A stretch of 64,000 nt of DNA. Origin: Selaginella moellendorffii (taxonomy: Eukaryota > Plantae > Lycopodiophyta). Position numbers and translations under genes: made by a program. Position 1 is the stretch's first letter. Each line of letters opens with the position of its first letter. The DNA is taken from NCBI RefSeq assembly GCF_000143415.4, contig NW_003314268.1, positions 1,658,672-1,722,671 on the forward strand, given 5' to 3'. This document shows positions 13,225 to 24,285 of the stretch, piece after piece. The notes beneath the pieces are model-generated. The model was not told the origin of the DNA and did not search any database. It saw only the letters and a list, made by a program, of their open reading frames with translations.

Positions 13225-15343
13225 CACACGCTTGAACGTCACATCAAATCCTCTGACAAACCAGATCTTATGATTCCTCTGACAAATTTCAAACTGAGTA
13301 GCTTCTAGACTTTGCTGTCGGAGGTTGAACTTTGTCACATCATGTCCTTGCCTCGATCCAGCTGTGCCATGTCAGTGATTCGAACTTTGCCATGCCATGT
13401 CAGCGATCCGCGCTAAGATTATTCGCCATGTAAAGGAATAATTATGCTGTGTGTGTACGTCCATTTATGGCAATATAAGGCCACACGCCATTCAAAGAAT
13501 AATGCTAGTCGAGCATTTTTTGGTGCATTTTTGGGTTCAAAATTGCATGAGCCCACACGCTATAAAGTTTACCTGTACCAAAAATAGAAACAGCTTTATT
13601 TACTTGGGAATTTAAGTGGTTGAGGCATTTTTAAACTTACAAACACATGCCCTACTTACATTCATTTGGTTACTTAAAATTCAAAAATATTATAAACCTT
13701 TCTTTTTGCATTTTCAATGTTTTCAATTATGGTTTTTGATTTTCGCAGGACCAGCCTAGTAATCTATTTGCATCCCATCATATTTATAGCTAGCTTTCGT
13801 TTGTCCCCTTCGCTAGCCTGAGATACATCTGCTCGGCATCTGCCTCTTACAGCATTTGCCCAGAAAGGGCATCTTTCTTCACGCAGCATTTGCCACATGT
13901 TTAGGGTTAGGGTTTAGGGTTTAGGGTTTAGCAATTCAGTAGCTTGATAAACATGCAAATACAGAACTTGATGCAAAATCCTTTGATATGTCACAATGCC
14001 CCTAGGACCATAAACACATTTCAATAGAGAGGGTCCTTTCATTTCATAACTCATTACGTAGATCTTGGTGAAACCAGAGTTAGTGAAGTTGGTTTCTTGT
14101 GATCCCGCATCTGATTGTGATGTCCCTTTGCAGTGTCGATGGAAAGGTCAATGCACACCAAACTGTAGAATCTTGGAGCAAAATAACGGTCGGATCTATG
14201 GCAAATGCCCCTGAAACATTGTAAGGCTCGTGTGGTCTCATGTGGTGTCCGATCGAGATGCTTCTTTGCAGGGTCATCAAGAAGGACATTGTATACCATT
14301 CTGTAAAATCTAGTTGCGATCTAACGGTTGGATCTCCAGGAAACTCAAAACAATCTCGCGCGTGTCAGAATATTCTAGGAATATACTCCTATGTGGCATG
14401 CGGCCCCACGCCATTCAAGAGATAATGCCATATGACGCCGAGCATTTTTTGGTGCATTTTTTGGGATCAAAATTGCATGAGCCCACACGCTTGAATGTCA
14501 CATCAAATCCTCTGACAAATTTCAAACTGAGTAGCTTCTAGACTTTGCTGTCGGACGTTGAACTTTGTCACATCATGTCCTTGCCTCGATCCAGCTGTGC
14601 CATGTCAGTGATTCGAACTTTGCCATGCCATGTCAGCGATCCGCGCCAAGATTATTCGCTGTGTAACTGCTCGGCATCTGCCTCTTGCAGCATTTGCCCA
14701 GAAAGGGCATCTTTCTTCACGCAGCATTTGCCACATGTTTAGGGTTTAGGGTTTAGCAATTCAGTAGCTTGATAAACATGCAAATACAGAACTTGATGCA
14801 AAATCCTTTGATATGTCACAATGCCCCTAGGACCATAAACACATTTCAATAGAGAGGGTCCTTTCATTTCATAACTCCTTACGTAGATCTTGGTGAAACC
14901 AGAGTTAGTGAAGTTGGTTTCTTGTGATCCTGCATCTGATTGTGATGTCCCTTTGCAGTGTCGATGGAAAGGTCAATGCACACCAAACTGTAGAATCTTG
15001 GAGCAAAATAACGGTCGGATCTATGGCAAATGCCTCTGAAACATTGTAAGGCTCGTGTGGTCTCATGTGGTGTCCGATCGAGATGCTTCTTTGCAGGGTC
15101 ATCAAGAAGGACATTGTATACCATTCTGTAAAATCTAGTTGCGATCTAACGGTTGGATCTCTAGGAAACTCAAAACAATCTCGCGCGTGTCAGAATATTC
15201 TAGGAATATACTCCTATGTGCTCCTGAAAATGGCATGCGGCCCCACGCCATTCAAGAGATAACGCCAGATGACGCCGAGCATTTTTTGGGATCAAAATTG
15301 CATGAGCCCACACGCTTGAACGTCACATCAAATCCTCTGACAA
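13225..15343. repeat. Imperfect tandem duplication (~825-bp period) in the intergenic centre of the transposon
   Basis: cacacgcttgaaYgtcacatcaaatcctctgacaa at ~13225, ~14484 and ~15309. The near-identical short ORFs 14054-14299 and 14879-15124 are 825 bp apart. Confidence 0.9.
13900..13931 (+). repeat. Interstitial telomeric repeat (TTTAGGG)n; shorter copy at 14738-14756
   Basis: tttagggttagggtttagggtttagggtttag read directly. Confidence 0.9.
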
Positions 15344-15975
15344 TTTATTTAGCTCAACATCTGGCATTTTTGGAAATACAAGATGCTTTGGAATATCCAA
15401 TCATGCATAGTATAAATATAGCGAGGGTATTAAATGATATCCCAATCATGATCTTTCTTTTGGATTTCGCGTGCATGCAGTCCGAGGAATGATGACGTTG
15501 CGGATTTCTTTTGGATTTCACGCATGCGCGCGCCGATCCAGAAATTAATGGTGGCGCCCAAGTCCGAGGAATGATGACGTGGCGGGATTACCAACCGTCG
15601 TGACATTTCGCGCGTGTGAGGTTAGGTTTTGCATTTTGCTTCGTACTCGCGCTCGCACACTCGCGCTCCCACTCGCGCTCCCACTTCTCTACAGGTTTCT
15701 CGTGTGCATTGGCGTCCACTCGTGCTTGCATCACACTCGCGCTCGCATCGCGCTCGTGTGCATCGGCGTCCATTTCAAGACACACCCAGTTTGTAACTTC
15801 GCCGCCAACTCCGTCGCCCACTCCGCCACCCACACGCAGCCCACTTGGCGTCCCGGGAGATTTCAGCGCCACTCTCCAACTGTAAGTGGCAGAGTAGCCT
15901 TGCTGCTACGATCCGCTGCACACACAGTGCACATTCGCCAGCGAGTCCGGTTGTCACGCCTCCATTCGGCTTCAA

Positions 15976-18900
15976 ATGGTAAGTCTTTTAGGCCAAGTAG
16001 AAAATGGCATGAGGCCACATGCCATTCAGTAGCAACATTGGCATGCACCGATTGGGCTCTCGAGTGCAGTCCGGTTACAGATGGCGTGTAGCCTCACGCC
16101 ATCTTAGGATGCAGCCTCAAGACATCTGATGCAGTGGTGAATGGCGTGTGGCCTCACGTTATTTCCAGCTACTAGCTTTTCATCTGTCAGCTCTAATTGT
16201 TGTGCATTTCTGAACAGGCGAGGAATTGCGTTCTTCTTCCAGCCACTGTCAATGTGGATGCAGAGAAGGGGGAGGAGCTCACCAGTTGGACTTTCGGGAT
16301 GGAAGGTGAGGATCTGAGGCTGTACAACACAGATGGTGGGAGAAAAGAATGCATGGGGATCCTCATCCAAGTGACAGACACTCCATGCAGTTCCATGCAA
16401 GAATATGGACTGGCACTTGTGGTAGAGACAGCGTCTGCCTTCAAGATCCACCTTGCACATCCTAGCGGCTTCCCGGAGGGGGGCAGCGGCTATGAGGAAT
16501 TCCTAGAGGGAGCTAGGGAGAGGTTGTCCAGGAGGCCCACAATTTCAAAGACGCTGCGGGTCTATGAAGATCACATGGAATCCACGGACCTCACCTACGG
16601 CGATGTTCAAAAACTATATTCCAACATTGAGCCGTTGAGAGTGACTCCAGTTCGCGAAGCAAAGGGGAAGGGGGTCGATCTGGAAACTACCTCGAAGCAG
16701 AAAAGGGTGGTCAAGCTCAAGCCAACGTCCGACTCTCCTGCTCCAAAAAAGAAGCTACTCAGTGATGCCATTGCCTCGGGTTCGAACACTACACCCACCA
16801 AAAAGAAGAGCCGCAAAGAGCAGAAAGAGCAAGAAGAGGCAGCAAAAATCGTCGCAGATAATAGTACTTGTTACTATTCCAACAAAGTATATACAATCAA
16901 CGTGAGCCGTATCGACATCCAAAGCAAATACAACCAAAGGCTAGTATCTGATGAGTGGGTGGAGAAATTGAAGCAGAAGATGCTGACAAGTCCAGTAACA
17001 CCCGACATCGCAGACGTGATCCCCTACTACCAAAAAATGAAGGGCGAGATGAGGTTTCCAGACTTGATCAATAGGAAGGTGTTGGACGATCAGAACATCC
17101 GGTTCTATGCCGTCTCCAGGCAGCATTCTAGCTTGGCGATGCAAGAGATAGTTGTGGATATTATGGTGGGCGAGGAGGTGAAGAAAGTCTTCAAGACAAG
17201 AGTTGTCCGCCTGATAAAAGGCAACTCGCCCCTCCGATCTATCATATACATCTCCCACGCGCAGAATGTCAAGCAAGAAACGTGCTACAAATCGGGTCTG
17301 CACGAGACATTGGCACGAACATGGAAGCTCTGGGTTCAACTGAAGAAGCCACAAAAACCAGGACAAGGACGTGCACTAGCAACTAGCGCCTGGCAGGTAA
17401 GCCTCGTTGTATGTGGCATAGCATGTGGCCTCACGCCATTTCCATTGCAGGAATTCTCGAGTCTTCTCTCGAAAACACTGGGGGTCAATGACACACTCAG
17501 CATCCATAACATTCTACTCGCGACAAAAGTTGTTTTTGACAAATGGGTAGATGTGCTGAGGAGGTACCATGACGGGGAGTTGCCAAACTCAATGGGTGTG
17601 GAGGACGGCCGGAAGCCCAATGATTTGAAGCTCAACGCCTTGCGTTTCTCGCGGTCTCTAGACGACGACGACCTTCTGACAGTGGCTAATGCTCTTCTAC
17701 GTGGTGAGGTAGTCTTCAACAAGACCAAAATGACTCCCGGCCATATTGTGACATACGAGGACTTGTGCACGACTCTGAGAGCTCGTGCGCTATTGAAGGA
17801 TTGGATCTTCGAGCAAGTGGCCGTGGAGAGGGTGAGCATCGACACCACGCAAGAGATGATGGAAGCGCTGGAGTTGTCAAATGAAGACATTGACGAGTAC
17901 GTGAAGGGGGCCCCCAAGTTCATCGATCTGCTGCGGGATGCCACGAAAAGTAAAGCTGAGAAGTTGGATCAGTATCCAAATTTCATTAAGATTGATGTCG
18001 ACCGCCGGCTTCAGAAACAGCTCGACCCCGCAGCAGAGGCCTATCAAGAACCTTACCGGGTATACTTGAATTCGGATGAGGATCAAAGGTGGAGGAGCAT
18101 CGTTTCCCGCGGAGATGAGCAGGTCAAGAACATCTTTTGTGTGATGGACTTCACAAACGAGGAGATCACTCATGCAGACGAAGTCAGCTCCATCATTGAT
18201 TTAATGGTGGGACTTGCGGAGGTGGAATCTTCAGTCCACTATATGATCTACGACTCCGAATCCTATCACAAGTTCTGGAAGGCCTTGAACGAGGTGAAGG
18301 CTCGGTTGAAAGGAAAGGAGATGCGGGAGATCCATGGGATAATGGCTAAGAAGAAGATACCGAGGAATGTCCGCATCTTCACACTCGCCCTTGTTATTGG
18401 TCCTGCAGCAGAGTGGGACTGGAGTGACTTCCCAGCTTCGTTCGACAAGGCCAATCGAATTGATCTGAGGGAGGTCAATTTACCCGTGCCTGAGGAACTG
18501 AAGACGGCTATGGAGCTTTCGAATCCAAAGAAAGCTCCAGGTGCAGCATGGGAAATGCTCAGCTGGGTCTTCAACGCAATAGCGGGTGGGTCACCTGCTT
18601 CCGACTCCAAGGGCAAATGCGTTGTTGAGTACAACTGCGGCGGACTATTCTTTCGAGCCGCACTACTCAAGGGTGTCCCGTGTGTTGCGGTGACAAACTC
18701 CATTGAAGAGGTGACTTCAATGGAGCATATAATTACAGTTGCCAAAGAAAAACAGTATCTTCTCTGCGAACTTGGTGAGTACGCACTTTAAGTTTAAATG
18801 TTATCTCACAAGCTCTGTATGCAGGAGCGTGGCCACCCCCAGATGCTGAAACGGCGTTAACAGCTACTGTTGAAGATACCCATGTTGGGCCGAGCTCACA

Positions 18901-21598
18901 ACCTGCACAAGGTAAGGTCACGTGAGGCCTCACGCCATTTTGATTATAGATCGTTGTGAATATTCAGACACGAGGACTGAAAAGCGCACTGGTGGCGCAT
19001 CGAAGAAGGACAAACAAACAAGCAATAGGAAAAAAGGAGGTACAAATTATATTTGCAATGGCGTGTGGTCTCATGCCATTCCTTGCAGGAGAAACTTCTT
19101 CAAAGGCAAAACAGGCAAGCACCAGCCAAGCTCAAACTGACAGTGGTCATAAAAAGCGAAAGCACGTTGGACAGTCGTCGAGATCAGAGGCGTTTGATTC
19201 GAAAAGGAAGAAGGGCAACGAAAAGATGATAGGTAATGCCTCGCGGTTATGGCGTGTGTGCTCATGCCATTCATTGCAGATCAAGGGCTGAGTGAAAGCA
19301 GGCAGTCACCACCTCATGACTCAGATTCCTATGGCGGACTCCCCTTCCCCAATCTCAATGGAGAGGTACAATGGATGAGGGAAGCTTTTCAAGTCAGGGC
19401 CACGTTTTTCTCATCTCGTCGTCTTCGAAGGGTGCAAGAACGTGCAGAAACCATGTTAAGACAGTCGGGTGAGGATACGGTCCTAGGTCACGCACTAAAA
19501 CAGGCTATGGATGTCTTGTATTTTGAGATGGAGACTCGGCCAGATGATTTTCCCAAGATGGTCCTGGAAGAACAAGCCATCCAGCCTGAGCAGCCTATGG
19601 AAGAAATGCATGAGGGGGATGAGGAGCCAGAGAAAGATAATGAGCAGGAAGAGCAGAAGGACGAAGAGGAGGACAAAGAAGAGGAGGACGAAGAAGAGGA
19701 GGACGAAGAGGACTTGGATGGTCCTCACAATGGTGACGATCACAATAACGACGACGACGATGATGACGACGATGGCCAGCCTGAGGTGGCCAAAGAGCAG
19801 CGGAGGAAGGTCATACAAGACAAACCATCAGGTAAATAATAATACATCCATTCCTAACCTTTTACCATTTCTAACATTGTCCATGTAGGTCGCAGAGCAA
19901 ATGGTAAGTAGAGATTATTCAGTTGAATTTACAAACTCTAGCCTTTAGTGTCGAGGAAGGATAGTGCCAAGCAAGGGTCGAAACGTATGTCCAATCCTTC
20001 AGAATCAGCAGTGCGCCCAAGTGATATCGGTCCTAGTTCCTCAATAGCAGTTGATGGTAAATACAGTATAGTCGATTCAATGTGCTAATGAGTTTGTTTT
20101 TAGTAGCACGGGAGGATACCATCTCAATCGAAGGGAGATATTTGGACATGCATATGGATCCGCCAGTGGACTCTACTTGGCTGCAAGAGTCATCAGAGCT
20201 GGTGGAGGCTACTATCCATATCAACGCCAAGCAAGCTGACCACGCTCCACTTGATGCTGCCCATACCACTAAGTCAATCTTGTCCACGTATCCAACTGAC
20301 GGTGACCAGGCGCCATTGGACCCACATGAGGCCGCCCCAGCCGCCGAGCCGGTCGTATCCTCATTTCCAACGGACTCAACGTGTGCCCAATCGTCTGACT
20401 ACGCGCCGTTGGAACCTCCCTACACCGCCCCTGCTGCCTGTTCGGTCATGTCCACTTTGCCAACGGAGGCACCAGCTGAAATGGCGTGTGATCACACGCC
20501 ATCGGAACCACCCCATGCCACTGTTGAGCCAGTTGTACCAGAGTCTACAGCTGAAATGGCATGTGCCCACACGCCATCGGATGCGATTGACCCCACATTG
20601 CAGAGGAGAGTATTTCCGCCCTTCACGTTTCCTCGACCAAAACCCTCTCAACGACCATCGGGAGCAACATTCGCTAATATTGTAGATGGTAAAATTGACT
20701 TGTACCATTTTTTATGCTGACGCATTTCATTTCAGAGTCACGGCGAAGGTACTGTATTGTTTTTGATCTGAACGGTGTCCTTTTCTCCCATGAGCGTGGC
20801 TCGTCCTCGAATGTCATTGCACCCTCCAAAGCCTGCGGTCGTAAGTTGGTCAAAAGAGACAGATTCACATTAATCACACAGGAGAAACTGCGGGATCTAA
20901 TAATGACCATGCGACACTTAAAACAGAGGGCCGGGTTCAATTTGCAATTGAGAGTTTGGACATCCATGATGCGCCACAATGCATTAACGTTGCTACAGAT
21001 GATGCACGATCAGACGCGAGTAATATTACCATTTGACTTTCTCCTAACGCAGGAGGATTGCTTGACTATGGTCCATGTGAGGGGTAGCAAGCCCATCTTC
21101 GTCAAGCCAGAGGCTGTAGTGATGAACCGGACTGCTAGCTCAAGTGAAATCCTCATCATCGATGACTCGCCGATTAAAACTGCAGCAAACACGCACACAT
21201 ATGCAGTGCACCCCATCTCTTGCAGTATGGAAACTAGGGAGAAGAAACCGTATGTTCTGGGGGACCTTGCAAAACGGCTTGGAGCGATGGTGATAGAGAA
21301 TCGGCCAGTCCAGGAGGTGGCTGCAGAAATCAACCAAATGGCAGATGGAACGGTATATCAAAAGCCATTTGATCGGACAGACACCAGTCATAATTTATGG
21401 CATGTATATTGTCTAGCCAAGCACTATCCGCATCTCCATAATCTGCTCAACCGGATGGGTTCTTCGACCACTGAACATGAGCGTGGACGTATTAGAGAAG
21501 AGATGGCATTACTATTGGGTTTAAATCCTGATAGTGTGGAGAGTGATGAAATTCCAAGATTATTGTATAGGCGTTGGAGGCAAAAAATAACAGTCTGA
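15976..21598 (+). CDS. Transposon ORF2, ~1643 aa in 11 exons: ParB/Srx-like + degenerate amino-MTase fold + acidic IDR + FCP1/SCP-like HAD phosphatase
   Basis: Exons 15976-15978, 16218-17396, 17451-18774, 18825-18911, 18968-19039, 19089-19232, 19280-19831, 19889-19903, 19949-20056, 20104-20688 and 20736-21598. All introns are GT-AG and phase-compatible, 4932 nt in total. Motifs: YNQR..FYAVS(R/G)QHS; KCVVEYNCGG..AALLKG..CVAV; IVFDLNGVL..VWTS..IIDDSPIK. The first exon is the least certain. Confidence 0.75.
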
Positions 21599-22559
21599 GA
21601 TGGCATGTATTTATTTAAAAATGTAACTTATTATGGCATGGGGTTCCATGCCATTGTATTAATATTAAAAGACAATTCTTTGAGAGGATTTGCATTATAC
21701 TAGAAGTGTTACAGCATGTTATTGGAAGTCTACGAAGTTGTTTTATTAATAATGGGAAAGTAAAGATTGAATGGGGACTTGGGCTCCACCTAGACTCGGA
21801 GCAACTGAGCCAATATTAAAAGGATGGAAAGAAATTGGACGACGATGACAAGGAGAAGAGAGAGGTGAAGCAGTGGCAGGGGGAGGAGAAGTGATTGAGT
21901 AGACATTTCCTTGTTTAAAATAAAATGGCATGTGCCTCAATGCAGTTGAATTTTGTTATATTTATATACTATATAAAGGTTTGGAAACCTTATTTTACAA
22001 GTGGGATAATGACAATTCCCACTTTAACGAAATAGAGCTTAGAAAGAGTATTAATAAAAATGATTAATACTAATATTTTCTCATTTGAGAAATAATTAAA
22101 GTCCACTAATGTGGAAAATGAATAAACCATTATACTAGCCAAGTCTATAGTCTTGGAATTACTTTCTCATAAATATTATCTCCAGCCCAGAATAAATGTA
22201 TGAACTTGTATTATTTTTTTGCATCTTCTAAAGTGTTTACAACTTTTAAACTCTAGCATAACTATTTATGCTTATCATAGTATTCAACTTGAATGCATTT
22301 TTCCATGTGTTCATATAAACTTTGCTCCTAATTGAAAAGGCAACTCCTCTCTCAACCAACTAAAGCCTTGTCTAGACCACCATTGTAGATAGTTTTAATA
22401 ACTTGTCAATTTACTTGTGCTTCATCACTCATAAAACTATAAAACATTAGTAGTGTTGAAGATCCTATTCTAATTTGGTATGTTTTATTTAATAATGTCT
22501 AAAAAAGAACTTGAGTTGGCGTGTCTTCTCCTTTCATCTCACAAACAACTATCACCATC

Positions 22560-23705
22560 TGTAAGCGACTAAATTTTTCCATTCTACTTTAGTCACTTAA
22601 CCACACCTTTGACCACTTGGAGGAGTCTCATTCACAACCTCCATAAGTCCCATTCAGGACTTGGGGCTTGCTAGCCCCGAGAATGGCATCCATGCCACTC
22701 AACTTTTGCACTTGGTCCAAGTGCTCCACGTGTCCGATCCCATGACCGACACCCAAAGGTACCACTGACATCTTGGCCCGTTACGCTAAGGCCATGCCCA
22801 TTCACCTTTGCTGCGCAAATGGTCCAATACCACTTGCATCACCATCCCGTCTCTCCAAGACTGGGCCATCTGTCTACGAGGGGTCATCCTAGATCCACTC
22901 CTTAGCATCCTTAGGATGCCCACAGACCTGGGGAATCGCCTTCCCCAAAGTCCCTTTGTCAGTTCCTACCAAGTCCCTTTCTGCCCCTGGCCGTGTTTGC
23001 CAACACTGCCACTGGATCGAGGCCCACAGGCCCGACCACTAAGTCCCACGGTCCTCTGGGACTTCCTCACCACACGACTGTGTCCTTGGTCACTACCCCA
23101 GAGGACTGCTCCTCTTCCTTTCCACAGTCTGGGCCTTTGGGACGATATTTCGGAACACCGTGGCCTTACGCGAGCCACCTGGGTACTCTCCCCACCTATC
23201 GCCTTTAGGTGCTCTAGCCATGGGCTTAGAGCGAGGTTCCGTTGAGCCACGCCTGGTATCCAAGTAGGTAGTGCCACCCACACTTGGACTGGGAGCATCG
23301 GCCAGTCGATCTCCCGGGGGAACTAGAGCCGGCTCTTGAACACTTCACCAAGCTACCCCGCTTGTCGGTCCGTATTCACTCTAGTCTTGGACTTCCCAAT
23401 GGTCAGTTCATCACCCAACACTGGGTCTGGCCTTCCTGGGCCAAACTGGCCTTTCCTGGCCAAACTGGCTCCACTGTAGTCCTCCCCCTACTATACTTTT
23501 GGAGCTCACCAAACCCCCCAGGGTCTGGGAGACGAACGCTTTGGGCTTTCACCCTCTCAGGCTCCAGACTCGGACTCGGACTCGGACTCGGACTCGGACT
23601 CGGACTCGGACTCGGACTCGGACTCGGACTCGGACTCGGATTCGGACTCGGACTCGGGCTCGGGCTCGGTCTCGGCCTCGGCCTCGGTCTCGGTCTCGGT
23701 CCCGA

Positions 23706-23743
<38 letters not shown>

Positions 23744-24285
23744 CCAGTCTCGGTCTCGGTCTCGACTTCGGACTCCATCTCGGACTCCATCTCGGACTCC
23801 ATCTCGGACTCCATCTCGGGTCCATCTCGGACTCCACTTCGGACTCCAACTCGGGTCCACCTCGGACTCCACTTCGGACTCCATCTCGGACTCCATCTCG
23901 AGTCCATCTCGGACTCTACTTCGGACTCCAACTCGGGTCCATCTCGGACTCCACTTCGGACTCCAACTCGGGTCCATCTCGGACTCCACTTCGGACTCCA
24001 ACTCGGGTCCATCTCGGACTCCACTTCGGACTCCAACTTGAGTCCATCTCGGACACTCCCACGTGTCATGTGTTGGTCCTTTTGGGTCCCTTTTTGGAGC
24101 CTCGCCTTTTGCTCGCTTCATGCTCGTTCCTCGAGCACTTCGTTGGGAGTTCCACTCCCGCTCTTGACTTTTCAAGTCGGAGCTTTTGGTCCAAACGTGT
24201 TACGCTCGTTTGGCTCTCGCTTTGGCCACTACCATGTGGCGCCCTTCTGGCTCCACTTTGGGGCCTAGGGATTTTGTGTCTCACA
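22560..24285 (-). mobile_element. Solo LTR, family A (1.7 kb)
   Basis: TG...CA termini and TSD CCATC (22555-22559 / 24286-24290). Orientation taken from the PBS at 42357-42368. Confidence 0.92.
23567..24055. repeat. Compound micro/minisatellite inside LTR A: (GGACTC)n, (GGTCTC)n, (CTCGGACTCCAT)n
   Basis: Read directly; counterparts at ~7395-7670, ~24990-25655 and ~52430-52810. Confidence 0.95.

Larger units (their letters stand above)
8871..21946. promoter_or_regulatory. Dispersed 22-bp palindrome ATGGCRTGNGGCCNCAYGCCAT (~25 copies in element copy 1)
   Basis: Copies start at 8871, 9187, 10632, 12478, 12548, 12584, 12755 (perfect), 12853, 13542, 14393, 15230, 16004, 16081, 16141, 17418, 18917, 19058, 19249, 20481, 20556, 21633 and 21925, plus degenerate or half sites. 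The regulatory role is inferred. Confidence 0.8.
8645..22040. mobile_element. 13.4-kb TIR DNA transposon, copy 1 (Sola1-like/unclassified DDE)
   Basis: Perfect 24-bp TIR AAGCTCTATTTCGTTAAAGTGGGA (8645-8668; reverse complement at 22017-22040) and 4-bp TSD AGAA (8641-8644 / 22041-22044). A second copy has the same boundaries in different flanks. Confidence 0.93.

Noticed and set aside
18120-18160. Active DNA methyltransferase
   Set aside because: No DPPY/NPPY/SPPY motif in either copy and FxGxG is degenerate; at most a pseudo-enzyme.
16197-21598. Four separate genes, as the ORF track suggests
   Set aside because: Short phase-compatible GT-AG introns join them into one frame (not confirmed by transcripts).
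8640-22045. 6-bp TSD TAGAAA for copy 1
   Set aside because: Formally possible for copy 1, but copy 2 supports only a 4-bp TSD at the equivalent boundary.
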